NCBI GenBank assembly: GCA_964588985.1
Contig: CAZPQW010000005.1
Coordinates: 1 to 64,000 of the forward strand
DNA: 64,000 bases
DNA from: an uncultured Solirubrobacteraceae bacterium
GTDB lineage: Bacteria > Actinomycetota > Thermoleophilia > Solirubrobacterales > Solirubrobacteraceae
Reading direction: 5' to 3'
The notes beneath the pieces are model-generated. The model did no database searches, was not told the DNA's origin, and saw only the letters and a program-made list of their open reading frames with translations. Of the stretch, positions 1 to 11,045 are shown one piece after another. The translations under genes and the position numbers were made by a program. Positions within the stretch are counted from its first letter, which is position 1, and every line of letters begins with the position of its first letter.

Positions 1-148
1 TCAACGGACACTGCGCGAACACGGCAAATTCGCCGGTCGGCGTAGCCATGGCCGGGGAAGCGGCCGCCAACGCCACGACGGTGGCAGCAAGCGCCAACGA
101 GGCGCCCAACAGGCGACCTCTCCCCAGGCGCGTAATCTTGTTATTCAT
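1..148 (-). CDS. Secreted protein, N-terminal part only (runs off window start); paralog of 23159..24001
   Basis: Not in the ORF track. Manual translation from ATG 148: MNNKITRLGRGRLLGASLALAATVVALAAASPAMATPTGEFAVFAQCPL. Signal peptide present, GGGAGA RBS upstream, and the mature N-terminus nearly matches ATPTGEWAVFAQCPL of 23159..24001. Confidence 0.85.
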   Translation of the reverse strand, partial: MNNKITRLGRGRLLGASLALAATVVALAAASPAMATPTGEFAVFAQCPL

Positions 149-401
149 CACGTCTCCCACTCTTGTGTATAGGTGTGAATCTCCTGCCGTACGACCTGGC
201 CAGCCTATCCGGCTGCCACGGTGATTGCACGCCTTGTTTCCGACTTCCCGAACTTGATCGGCTATTGCCGGCTTTGCGGGGCTTTGCGGATGTTGTGTGA
301 CCGAGGGGTTAGAAACGCGCAGCAGCGCCATGATCGCCGTTTTCGGGCGCATTCCGGCGATCGATTGAAATGTTCGGTGCCTACGCCCATGCTGCCTGTC
401 T

Positions 402-1577
402 GTGAGTGCCACAGCCGAAATCCCTGCCCGCGTCACCAGCGAGCCGAGCGCACCGCCGCTCGCCGTCTCCGTCGTTATCCCGTGCCTGAACGAGGCCGAG
501 AACATCGAGCAGTGCGTCGAGAAGGCCCTCGACACGCTCGAGCGCGCGGGCCTCGTGGGCGAGGTGGTGGTCGCGGACAACGGCTCCGAGGACGGCAGCG
601 CCGAGCTCGCGCTGCTGGCGGGAGCTCGCGTGGTGCACGAGCCCCGTCGTGGCTACGGCAGTGCTTACCTGGCGGGGTTCGCCGCCGCGCGAGGCCAGTA
701 CATCGTGATGGCAGACGCCGACCTCACGTACGACTTTGGCGAGATCCCGCGATTTCTCGCCGAGCTGGAGGACGGGGCGGACATGATCATCGGCGACCGC
801 ATGAAGAACATCCACCCGGGTGCGATGCCCTGGCACCACCGGTACATCGGCAATCCTCTGCTGTCACGGTTCCTCAACCTGCTCTTCCACACGGGGGTGA
901 GCGATGCGCACTGCGGGATGCGCGCCTTTCGCCGCGACAGGCTCGAGGTGCTCGAACTGCGCACCACGGGCATGGAGTTCGCCTCGGAGATGGTGATCCG
1001 CGCGGCGAAGGCGAAGCTCGTGGTGAGGGAGCTGCCGATCGAATACCACCCGCGCGGCGGGGAATCGAAGCTGTCGAGCTTCCGTGACGGCTGGCGGCAC
1101 GTGCGCTTCCTGCTGCTGCACGCCCCCAACCACCTCTTCATCCTTCCCGGAGCGCTGATGTCCATGCTCGGCGCCCTGATCTCACTTACTGTCCTCGCGC
1201 ACGTCAACGCGCTCGGACGCAACTGGGACCTGCACACGCTGATCGGCGGCTCGCTGCTGTTGATCGTGGGCGTGCAGATCGTGTCGCTCGGACTGTGCGC
1301 CCACGCGTATGCCACGTACTTCATGGGCGAGCGCGATGCCTGGTTCGATCGGGCCAGCGAACGGCTGCGCCTCGAGCACGGCCTGCTGCTCGGCGGCGCG
1401 GTCTCGCTAACCGGGTTGGCGATGATCGTGGTTATGGCGATCGATTGGGTCGGCCGCGGCTTCGGAAGCCTCTCGGAGGAGCGCGTCGCGCTCGTGGCGG
1501 CGACACTGCTGGTCATCGGCATCCAGATCATCTTCTCCTCGTTCCTGCTCAGCATCCTCGGACTTCGCCGCAACTAA
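402..1577 (+). CDS. Glycosyltransferase family 2 (polyprenyl-phosphate/DPM1-like) with C-terminal transmembrane domain
   Basis: Motifs VSVVIPCLNE, VVADNGSED, GYGSA, DAD, DAHCGMRAF and GESKL; several C-terminal hydrophobic helices. Confidence 0.9.
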   Translation: MSATAEIPARVTSEPSAPPLAVSVVIPCLNEAENIEQCVEKALDTLERAGLVGEVVVADNGSEDGSAELALLAGARVVHEPRRGYGSAYLAGFAAARGQYIVMADADLTYDFGEIPRFLAELEDGADMIIGDRMKNIHPGAMPWHHRYIGNPLLSRFLNLLFHTGVSDAHCGMRAFRRDRLEVLELRTTGMEFASEMVIRAAKAKLVVRELPIEYHPRGGESKLSSFRDGWRHVRFLLLHAPNHLFILPGALMSMLGALISLTVLAHVNALGRNWDLHTLIGGSLLLIVGVQIVSLGLCAHAYATYFMGERDAWFDRASERLRLEHGLLLGGAVSLTGLAMIVVMAIDWVGRGFGSLSEERVALVAATLLVIGIQIIFSSFLLSILGLRRN

Positions 1578-2194
1578 TGCTGCGAGTGCGGCTCGGTCTC
1601 GCCGCGGGGCTCCTGGGCATCGTGGTGGCGCTCGTCCTGGTGCTCGCGCGCCCTCCGCTGGTGCTCGCCGGGAGCAACGGAGTCGCGCCCAACTTCGCGA
1701 TCACGTTCACGCACGGCGGGGAAACGATCTGTCAGCCAGGTCGTACGCTGCCGCAGGGCACCGAGGCCATCCGGGTATCGCTGTCGCCGAACATCGGCCC
1801 GAGGGTGCACCTCAAGGTGTCCTCTGGCTCGAAGGTGATCACAGAAGGCGAGCGAGACCCTGGATGGGGGGTCGACGAAACCGTGATCGTGTCCGTCAAG
1901 CGGGTCGCCCACACCGCGTACAACACGCGCATCTGCACAGACATCGGGCCGGCGGTGGAAGGCGTCCAGGTGAATGGGGAACGCGTGAAGGTCGGCGGCG
2001 GTGAAGCCATATGGCTACGTATGGAATACCTGCGACCGGGGCGGAGCTCGTGGCTGTCGCTTGCCCCGTCGATCGCGAATCGCATGGGTCTCGCCCACGC
2101 CCCCGCCGGCGCCTGGGTCGGCTATCTGGCCGTCGCCGTGATGATCGCCGCCGCCGGGTTCGCGTCGCGTCTCGTTCTGCGGGAGCTCGGGTGA
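1577..2194 (+). CDS. Membrane-anchored hypothetical protein with extracytoplasmic beta domain; homologous to the N-terminal domain of 24313..26433
   Basis: ATG 1577 overlaps the GT2 stop (TAATG). N- and C-terminal TM segments. ICQ...LPQGTEAIRVS...RICTDI...MEYLRPGRSSW aligns with LCQ...LPAGASAMRLS...RVCIDI...VEYLASGRGSW. Confidence 0.8.
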   Translation: MLRVRLGLAAGLLGIVVALVLVLARPPLVLAGSNGVAPNFAITFTHGGETICQPGRTLPQGTEAIRVSLSPNIGPRVHLKVSSGSKVITEGERDPGWGVDETVIVSVKRVAHTAYNTRICTDIGPAVEGVQVNGERVKVGGGEAIWLRMEYLRPGRSSWLSLAPSIANRMGLAHAPAGAWVGYLAVAVMIAAAGFASRLVLRELG

Positions 2195-3810
2195 GCAGCT
2201 CCTACGACACGGCCGCGTCGCAAACCGATGCGCCCGCGATGCCTCCCACGACACCCGGCATTGGCGCTCGCGCCGACTCGCATCGGGCGATAGAGGAGGC
2301 CCAGACGGAGCGTCGCCGCGCCAAGCGGCTGCTCGCGTCTTCGACCGGGGCGTTGCGACGGGTGCCCCGGGCGGCCTGGACGTGCGCCCTGATCGCCACG
2401 CTCGGGGCGGCGTGCTGGTCGGTCATCACACCGCCCTTCCAGGCCCCCGACGAGCAGGCGCACTTCGCCTACGTGCAGAACCTCGCCGAGACCGGGCGGC
2501 TGCCGAGTTCCAGCAGGGACGAATACTCGGTCGAGGAGAGCCAGACGCTGGCGGACCTGCACCAGGGGGAAGTGCGCTGGCATCCGGAACTCACGACCGT
2601 CTCCGAACCGGCGGACGTGGAGAAACTGCGCCACGACCAAGCCGCGGGACTTCTGCGAGCGGGCACGGGCGGCATCGGCGTCGCGGCCACCGAGCCCCCG
2701 CTGTTCTATGCGCTCGCGACGATCCCATATGAGCTCGGATCGAGCGGCTCGCTGCTCGATCGGCTCGAGCTGGTGCGCCTGATGGACGCGCTGATGGCCG
2801 GGCTCACCGCGCTGTTCACGTTCATGTTCGTCCGCGAGTCCCTCCCCGGCGTGCCGTGGGCATGGACGGTGGGTGGTCTTGCGGCTGCGCTGATGCCGCT
2901 GCTCGGCTTCACCTCTGGCTTCGTCACGCCCGACGCGATGCTCTACGCAGTCTGCGCCGCGATCTTCTACTGCCTCGCGCGCGCGTTCAGGCGCGGGCTC
3001 ACCTGGCGGGCGGCGGTCGCGTTGGGCCTGCTCATCGGCGCCGGCTTCCTGACCAAGCTCAACTTCGTCGGCGTCGTCCCCGGCGTGATGCTCGGGCTCG
3101 TGATCCTCGCCTTTCGCGGAGTCCGCGACACCCCGGACGGACCGCGCACCCGCCGTGCGTTCGGACCGATGGCGCTGGCGATGGCGATCTCCGTGGCCCC
3201 AGTCTGCGTGTATGCGCTGATCAATGTGATCACCGGCCATCCAACGTTCGGACTGGCGTCGAGCGCGGCCCACCAGGTGAGCGAACGAGAATCGCTCACG
3301 GGAGAGATCGTCTACATCTGGGAGTTCTTCCTGCCCCGGCTGCCTGGTATGGCGAACGACTTCCCCGGCCTGTCCACGCTCCACCAGGTGTGGTTCAACC
3401 GCACCGTCGGGCTCTACGGCTGGCTCGACACGACCTTCCCACCGTGGGTCTACACGTTCGCGCTGATACCGGCGGGGCTGATGGCGCTGCTTGCGCTGTG
3501 CAGCCTGATCGCACGTCGCGGCGCGCTGCTGAGACGGAAGTCCGAGCTGCTCGTGTACGTCGTGATCTGCGTGAGCCTGCTGACGCTGATCGGAGCCGAC
3601 TCGCACCTCGGCTCGGCATCGGAAGGCGCAGGCTACGCGCAGCCACGCTACGTCATGCCGCTGCTACCGCTCGCCGCCGCCTTGGTGGCGCTCGCCGCAC
3701 GCGGCGCCGGGAGACGCTGGGGACCGACGATCGGGGCCCTGATCGTCACCCTCTTCCTCGCCCAGGAGATCTTCAGCCAGCTGCTGAGCGTCTCGCGCTT
3801 CTACGGCTGA
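2191..3810 (+). CDS. DUF2142-like polytopic GT-C glycosyltransferase
   Basis: GTG 2191 overlaps the upstream stop (GTGA). Motifs PPFQAPDEQAHFAYV, EPPLFY, TKLN and QPRY; many TM helices. Confidence 0.8.
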   Translation: MSSSYDTAASQTDAPAMPPTTPGIGARADSHRAIEEAQTERRRAKRLLASSTGALRRVPRAAWTCALIATLGAACWSVITPPFQAPDEQAHFAYVQNLAETGRLPSSSRDEYSVEESQTLADLHQGEVRWHPELTTVSEPADVEKLRHDQAAGLLRAGTGGIGVAATEPPLFYALATIPYELGSSGSLLDRLELVRLMDALMAGLTALFTFMFVRESLPGVPWAWTVGGLAAALMPLLGFTSGFVTPDAMLYAVCAAIFYCLARAFRRGLTWRAAVALGLLIGAGFLTKLNFVGVVPGVMLGLVILAFRGVRDTPDGPRTRRAFGPMALAMAISVAPVCVYALINVITGHPTFGLASSAAHQVSERESLTGEIVYIWEFFLPRLPGMANDFPGLSTLHQVWFNRTVGLYGWLDTTFPPWVYTFALIPAGLMALLALCSLIARRGALLRRKSELLVYVVICVSLLTLIGADSHLGSASEGAGYAQPRYVMPLLPLAAALVALAARGAGRRWGPTIGALIVTLFLAQEIFSQLLSVSRFYG

Positions 3811-3828
3811 CGGCGCTCCCGCCGCGGC

Positions 3829-4095
3829 CTACTTGGCGTTGGCGAAGTAGTCGGCGTTGATCTGCGTGTACTTGCCCCACTCCTCCGGCAGCTGGTCCTC
3901 GGCGAAGCACGCGTCCACCGGGCATGCCTCGACGCAGGCGTCGCAGTCGATGCACTCCTCAGGGTCGATGAAGAGCATCTCAGCCGCGTCGTATCCGGGC
4001 TCGTCGGGCGTCGGGTGGATGCAGTCCACAGGGCACACCTCGACACAGGAGTTGTCCTTGGTGCCAATGCACGGCTCGGCGATCACGTAGGCCAT
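3829..4095 (-). CDS. Ferredoxin (dicluster, FdxA-like)
   Basis: MAYVIAEPC...CVEVCPVDCI...CIDCDACVEACPV. Confidence 0.93.
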   Translation of the reverse strand: MAYVIAEPCIGTKDNSCVEVCPVDCIHPTPDEPGYDAAEMLFIDPEECIDCDACVEACPVDACFAEDQLPEEWGKYTQINADYFANAK

Positions 4096-4157
4096 TCGCT
4101 TCTTTCTTTCGGTCGGATTGCGGGAGTCCTCCTCGGGAGACGCATATTGTACGAAGC

Positions 4158-5057
4158 ATGCTGCTGCTTACGGGCGCGACCGGTCTTGTGGGCTCGGCAC
4201 TGCTGCCGCGCCTGCTGGCCGAAGGCATCCAGGTTCGCTGCCTGGTGCGCGACCCACGACGCCTCGGCGCGCAGCGGGTGCGCGTGCAGATCGCGCTGGG
4301 GGATCTCACGGACCCGCGCTCCTTCCGCAACGCTCTGCGCGGCGTGCAGACGGTCGTCCACCTCGCCGCGTCGATCCGCGACCAGCCGCGAGGATCGATC
4401 GAGGAGCTGTGCGGGATCGCCACCTGGCGGATGGTCGAGGCGGCTGAGCGCCAGGGCGTCGAGCGCTTCGTGTTCTTCTCCGCGCTCGGCGCCTCCACCC
4501 ACCATCGTACGCGCTGCCTGCGCGCGAAGGCGCTGGCCGAGCAGGCCGTGCGCGAGTCGGCCGTGCGCTCGATCGTGTTCGCGCCCTCGATCGTCTACGC
4601 CCCCGGGGACCCCTGGCTGACGCTGCTCGAGCGGATGGCTTTGCTCCCCGTGATGCCGATATCGGGCCGTGGGCGAGCTGCCTTCCAGCCGATCTGGGCC
4701 GAGGACGTCGCCGACTGCGTGATCGCGGCGCTGCGCGACGAGCGCGAGGAGCGAGACGCTCGCTTTGAGCTCGCCGGGCCGGAGACTCTCAGCAACGACG
4801 AGATCGTGCGCACGCTGCTGCGCTCACTGGAGCGCAGGCGCCCGCTGGTGCACGTGCCGACGCCGGTCGTATCGCGTGCGCTGCGCCTGCTCGAGGCCGT
4901 CGCCGGCCCACGGGCGTTCGCGACGTGGGACGAGGCCGAGCTGATGGAGGTCGACATGATCTCCGCGCGCGGCGCCGGCGACGCGGAGGCGCTGGGGGTC
5001 ACACCTCAACGGATGGCCGACGTGCTGCCCAAGGCAGGGCCGCCTCGAGCTGGCTAG
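4158..5057 (+). CDS. NAD(P)-binding SDR/epimerase (NDUFA9-like) protein
   Basis: TGATGLVG Rossmann motif, VVHLAA, QPIWAEDVA, FELAGPE. Confidence 0.85.
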   Translation: MLLLTGATGLVGSALLPRLLAEGIQVRCLVRDPRRLGAQRVRVQIALGDLTDPRSFRNALRGVQTVVHLAASIRDQPRGSIEELCGIATWRMVEAAERQGVERFVFFSALGASTHHRTRCLRAKALAEQAVRESAVRSIVFAPSIVYAPGDPWLTLLERMALLPVMPISGRGRAAFQPIWAEDVADCVIAALRDEREERDARFELAGPETLSNDEIVRTLLRSLERRRPLVHVPTPVVSRALRLLEAVAGPRAFATWDEAELMEVDMISARGAGDAEALGVTPQRMADVLPKAGPPRAG

Positions 5058-6429
5058 CGAGCGCGAGCAGCGCACCCTCGCCGGCTGGGCGCCCCACCAG
5101 CTGCACACCCAACGGCAGCCCGTCCTCGCCGTGATACAGCGGCAACGAGATGCCGGGCTGGCCGCTGGCGTTGAACACGGGCGTGAACGGCGTGAACAGG
5201 CCCGAGCGCGTGAACGTGGACATCGGTTCGGGCGCGGACGTGTCGAGCGTTCCGAGCGGCAGCGGCCGCTCGGCGAGCGCGGGCGTCAGCAGCGCGTCGT
5301 AGGGGGATAGGAAGCTCACGAGCTGGCGTGCGAACGCCTGCAGGCGCACCGCCGCGCCCATGCCGGTCACAGCGTCCAAGTGTTTGATCATCGAGTAGAT
5401 CGCCCAGCTCATCGGCTCCATGTCCTCGGCCGTCGGCTCACGCCCCGCGACCATGCCGGAGTAGGCGATCGACAGGGAGATGTGCGTGGAGAAGACCGCG
5501 CCGAACAGCTCGCTCAAGCCCTCCGCCTGCCAGGGCGGATCGACCTGCTCGACCTCGTGCCCGAGCGAGCGCAGCAGCTGCGCCGCGTCGTCCACCGCAC
5601 GTGCCGCCATCGGGTCGACGACCGCGTCGGCGACCGGCGGCAGCACCGTGGATGCGATCCGCAGCCGGGCCGGCTCGCGTCCCGCGCTCCGAGCGAATGG
5701 CTCCGCCGGCGGCGGCGCCCAGGTGGCGTCGCCGGGCTCGTAGCCGGCGAGCACGTCGAGGATCGCGGCCGTGTCGGCGACGGTGCGCGTGAGCATGCCG
5801 TCGATCCCCAGTGAGGAGTCGCCGAGCTCGGGGGCGGCGGAGATCCGTCCGCGGGTGGGCTTGAGGCCGACCAGGCCGCAGCACGCGGCGGGGATGCGTA
5901 CCGAGCCGCCGCCGTCGTTGCCGTGCGCCACGGGGATCATCCCGCTGGCGACCGCCGCGGCCGCCCCGCCGGAGGAGCCGCCAGGCGTGCGCTCGAGGTC
6001 CCACGGGTTGCGCGTGGGGCCGAAGATGCGCGCCTCGCTCGTGGGCAGGATCCCGTACTCGGGCAGCGTGGTGGTGCCAACGATCACGAACCCGGCGTCC
6101 TTCAGGCGGCGGGTGACGTTGTGGTCGTAGTCGCACATGTTGTGCTCCATCAGCGAACAGCCGTAGGTGAGGCGCAGCCCCTGCACGGGGCGGTTGTTCT
6201 TGATCGCGACCGGCACACCCGCGAACGGGCGCTCGTCGCCTGGGCGCACGGCGTCCGCGGTGGCGAGCGCGCGCTCCGCGTCGACGTCCACGAACGCGTT
6301 CAGCGCGGGGTTGAGCTCCTCGATGCGCCCCAGCGATATCTCCACCAGCTCGCGTGCGGACACCTCCCCCGAGCGGACCATCTCCGCAAGCTCGGTGGCG
6401 GGGCGGAACATCAGATCGCTGTCGGACAC
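4999..6429 (-). CDS. Amidase signature family protein
   Basis: GVPVAIK, GGSSGGAAAAVA and DGGGSVRIPAACCG signature; 3' end overlaps the convergent gene. Confidence 0.92.
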   Translation of the reverse strand: MSDSDLMFRPATELAEMVRSGEVSARELVEISLGRIEELNPALNAFVDVDAERALATADAVRPGDERPFAGVPVAIKNNRPVQGLRLTYGCSLMEHNMCDYDHNVTRRLKDAGFVIVGTTTLPEYGILPTSEARIFGPTRNPWDLERTPGGSSGGAAAAVASGMIPVAHGNDGGGSVRIPAACCGLVGLKPTRGRISAAPELGDSSLGIDGMLTRTVADTAAILDVLAGYEPGDATWAPPPAEPFARSAGREPARLRIASTVLPPVADAVVDPMAARAVDDAAQLLRSLGHEVEQVDPPWQAEGLSELFGAVFSTHISLSIAYSGMVAGREPTAEDMEPMSWAIYSMIKHLDAVTGMGAAVRLQAFARQLVSFLSPYDALLTPALAERPLPLGTLDTSAPEPMSTFTRSGLFTPFTPVFNASGQPGISLPLYHGEDGLPLGVQLVGRPAGEGALLALASQLEAALPWAARRPSVEV

Positions 6430-6563
6430 GGCTCCTCCTCGGGGATGACTGCGGGCGACTGCACCCTACCCGCGCGGCCATTCCTGCGACGATGTGTTCC
6501 TGCCCACAAGGCAGCCCGGGCGGGCGGGCCCATCAAAGTCATCAAGCCCAGAAAGCGAGTGCC

Positions 6564-7661
6564 ATGAGCGCGGTTCAGTCAGCATCGGAGGTCCAGTCGG
6601 GCCTCGAGGGAGTCATCGCCTTCGCGACCGAGATCGCGGAGCCCGACAGAGAGGGTGGCGCGCTGCGCTACCGCGGCGTCGACATCGAGAACCTCGTCGG
6701 AGCCGTCCCCTACGAGCAGGTGTGGGGCCTGCTGGTGGACGGAAAGTTCAAACCCGGCCTGCCGCCGGCGGAACCGCATGCGCTGACCGTACGCTCGGGA
6801 GACCATCGCGTGGACGTGCAGTCGGCGCTGGCGATGCTCGCGCCCGAGTGGGGCTTCGCGCAGCTGATCGACATCAGCGACGAGGAGGCCCGCGACAACC
6901 TCGCGCGCGCATCCGTGATGGCCCTTTCCTTCGTCGCACAGTCCGCGCGCGAAGCCGGTCAGCCGCCCGTTCCGCAGTCGGAGATCGACCAGGGCCGCAC
7001 GATCCCCGAGCGCTTCCTGATCCGTTGGCGCGGCGAGGTCAACCCCGACCACGCGAAGGCGATCGACGCTTACTGGATCTCCGCGGCGGAGCACGGCATG
7101 AACGCATCGACGTTCACCGCGCGGGTGGTGGCGTCGACCGGCGCGGACGTCGCCGCCGCGCTGTCCGCGGCCGTGGGTGCGCTCTCTGGTCCTCTGCACG
7201 GTGGCGCTCCCTCGCGCGTGCTGAAGATGCTCGACGAAGTCGAACAGACCGGGGACGCCGAGCGCTGGGTCTCCGACGCGCTCGACCGCGGCGAGCGGCT
7301 GATGGGCTTCGGCCACCGCATCTACCGCGCCGAAGACCCGCGTGCGCGCGTGCTCCGTCGCACGTGCAGCGAACTTGGCTCTCCGCGTTTCCAGGCGGCG
7401 GAGGCGCTCGAGAAGGCCGCCCTCGCCGAGCTTCACGCTCGCCGGCCCGACCGCGTGCTCGCGACGAACGTCGAGTTCTGGTCCGCGGTGATCCTCGACC
7501 TCGCGGAAGTGCCACCGGACCTGTTCACGCCGATGTTCACGTGCGCTCGCGTGGCCGGCTGGTCGGCTCACATCCTCGAGCAGAAGCGCGAGGCGAAGCT
7601 GATCAGGCCCACGGCGAAGTACGTCGGAGAGGGCCCAAGGCCGGTCAGCGCGGTGGAATAG
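6564..7661 (+). CDS. citA: Citrate synthase 2 (actinobacterial CitA type)
   Basis: GLEGV, EHGMNASTF, GPLHGGA, LMGFGHRIYRAEDPRA, TNVEFW; start placed at ATG 6564. Confidence 0.9.
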   Translation: MSAVQSASEVQSGLEGVIAFATEIAEPDREGGALRYRGVDIENLVGAVPYEQVWGLLVDGKFKPGLPPAEPHALTVRSGDHRVDVQSALAMLAPEWGFAQLIDISDEEARDNLARASVMALSFVAQSAREAGQPPVPQSEIDQGRTIPERFLIRWRGEVNPDHAKAIDAYWISAAEHGMNASTFTARVVASTGADVAAALSAAVGALSGPLHGGAPSRVLKMLDEVEQTGDAERWVSDALDRGERLMGFGHRIYRAEDPRARVLRRTCSELGSPRFQAAEALEKAALAELHARRPDRVLATNVEFWSAVILDLAEVPPDLFTPMFTCARVAGWSAHILEQKREAKLIRPTAKYVGEGPRPVSAVE

Positions 7662-7810
7662 GAGTGCACCCGCGGCGCGCCCGGTCGGCTCGTGCGGGCT
7701 CCAGGTCCTAGAAACAGTTACGGGAATCGCTAGGAATTCAGGTGGGTCGGAAGTAGCTTTGCCTCGTCCTGAACAAGCGAACACCCGTCGGGGGCCAAGA
7801 AGGAGTAGCA

Positions 7811-8383
7811 ATGCGACGACCACTGCAAGCCATCTCGAGCGCCGCGCTCCTGACGACACTCGCCCTCACGGGCTGCGGCGCCGGCAATGTCGCGACAACC
7901 AAGAAGCAGGCGGTCATCCCGTTCCAGAGTCCCGCGGTGGCCGGCAGCACACTCCCGGCCAAGTACACGTGCGACGGCAAGGACATCTCGCCGCCGCTGG
8001 AATGGGGCCAGGTCCCGGCGGGGACGAAGGAAGTCGCGCTGTTCGTCCTCGGCCTCACTCCCACCCCGTCCGGCGGATCCGCGATCGCGATCGACTGGGC
8101 GGTCGGTGGGGTGGACGCCAATCTGCATCGACTCGCCGCCGGTCACCTGCCCAAGGGCACCAACGTCGGCGTCAACAGCGACGGCTCGCATCGTTACAGG
8201 GTCTGCCCCGCCAAGGGCTCACGCAAGACCTACGAGTTCACCGTGTATGCGGTGCCGACAGGCGCCAAGAAGCTGGAAGGACCGTTCAAGGGCCTTCAAC
8301 TGCTCGGCGAACTCGCGAGCAACAACTCGCCCTCCATCGCCCCGGCGGGTGGCCAGTTCGCGGTCACCTACCAGCGCAAATAG
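7811..8383 (+). CDS. YbhB/YbcL (PEBP) family lipoprotein
   Basis: Lipobox LTGC; KYTCDGKDISPPLEW...VPAGTKEVAL; AAGGAG RBS. Confidence 0.8.
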   Translation: MRRPLQAISSAALLTTLALTGCGAGNVATTKKQAVIPFQSPAVAGSTLPAKYTCDGKDISPPLEWGQVPAGTKEVALFVLGLTPTPSGGSAIAIDWAVGGVDANLHRLAAGHLPKGTNVGVNSDGSHRYRVCPAKGSRKTYEFTVYAVPTGAKKLEGPFKGLQLLGELASNNSPSIAPAGGQFAVTYQRK

Positions 8384-8419
8384 CTTTCGCGAGACGCGCG
8401 AAGCGTTTGCGCGGGAGCC

Positions 8420-8457
8420 AAAACGGGGGGCCCGGCATGATGCCGAGCCCCCCGTTT
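8420..8457. terminator. Probable bidirectional intrinsic terminator between the PEBP gene and groEL
   Basis: Hairpin AAAACGGGGGGCCCGGCAT-G-ATGCCGAGCCCCCCGTTT between convergent genes. Confidence 0.7.
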
Positions 8458-8496
8458 GCTGCAAGCCATCCCGGGCGATTGCCCGGATCGGCCTTC

Positions 8497-10146
<1,650 letters not shown>

Positions 10147-10155
10147 TCAGTCTCC

Positions 10156-10446
10156 TTAGGACTCGACGCGGGCGAGGACGTCGGACTCGCGAAGCACGAG
10201 CAGATCCTCCCCGTCGACCTTGATCTCGGTCCCGCCGTACTTGCTGTAGAGGACCTCGTCGCCCTCTTTGACGTCCAGCGGGATGCGCTTGCCCTGCTCG
10301 TCGAGCTTGCCGTCGCCGACTGCGAGGACCTTGCCCTTCTGCGGCTTCTCCTTGGCGGTGTCGGGAAGGACGATGCCACTCGCGGTGGTCTGCTCCTCCT
10401 CGATCGCCTGCACGATCAGACGATCGCCCAGGGGCTTGAGCTTCAT
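10156..10446 (-). CDS. groES: Co-chaperonin GroES
   Basis: MKLKPLGDR...[16 protein letters not shown]...YSKYGGTE. Confidence 0.98.
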   Translation of the reverse strand: MKLKPLGDRLIVQAIEEEQTTASGIVLPDTAKEKPQKGKVLAVGDGKLDEQGKRIPLDVKEGDEVLYSKYGGTEIKVDGEDLLVLRESDVLARVES

Positions 10447-10521
10447 GTGTATGCGACCTCCATCTTTGAGAATGCGACCGGCGGCTCGCGGCCCTCTATT
10501 GCCTGGGCGAACCGCCTCTTT

Positions 10522-10548
10522 TTGGCACTCTCACGATCGGAGTGCCAA
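10522..10548. promoter_or_regulatory. CIRCE element (HrcA operator)
   Basis: TTGGCACTC-N9-GAGTGCCAA upstream of groES; the consensus is TTAGCACTC-N9-GAGTGCTAA. Confidence 0.92.
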
Positions 10549-10592
10549 TTGCAACCTCAATATATAGAAGATCCGGCGAACTTCAAGGGAAA

Positions 10593-10619
10593 CTGGCAGT
10601 CATGCACTGCGACTGCCAG
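10593..10619. promoter_or_regulatory. Second, divergent CIRCE-like inverted repeat
   Basis: CTGGCAGTC-N9-GACTGCCAG: a perfect 9-bp inverted repeat with the same 9-nt spacer. Confidence 0.65.
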
Positions 10620-10633
10620 AACTGCGCGCCCGG

Positions 10634-11032
10634 CTAATTCTGGGCGCCGCCGAAGCCCTTGATGGCCTCGGTCATACCGGTGGGGGTATCGAGGATCTGC
10701 GAGAAGCGCACGACGGTGACGACGTCTTCGGGGGAGATCTCGCGGCCGTAGATCTGTTCGAGGAAGTTGATCAGTTCCTCGTGGCGCCGGAACTCGGGGT
10801 TGTCGTGCTTGATGTCGCGCGGCGAGAGGTCGGCGAGCTTCATCACCTCGACCTGGTCGATGACCGCTTCGAAGATCCGTTCGCGCGGCGAGTACTGGAA
10901 GCCGATCGTTACGAGCACGGCCTGGTTCTTGCGGTACTTGCTCGACTTGTCGCCGAGGCGGATGGTGGCCGTCTTGCGGCCCCGCTTGAGCTCGTCGGCG
11001 AAGATCGTGGAGTAGAAGTTCAGAACCTGCAT
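10634..11032 (-). CDS. ASCH domain protein
   Basis: LNFY...GRKTATIR (GxKxxTxR) ASCH signature. Confidence 0.8.
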   Translation of the reverse strand: MQVLNFYSTIFADELKRGRKTATIRLGDKSSKYRKNQAVLVTIGFQYSPRERIFEAVIDQVEVMKLADLSPRDIKHDNPEFRRHEELINFLEQIYGREISPEDVVTVVRFSQILDTPTGMTEAIKGFGGAQN

Positions 11033-11045
11033 CGCGGTGAGCAGG

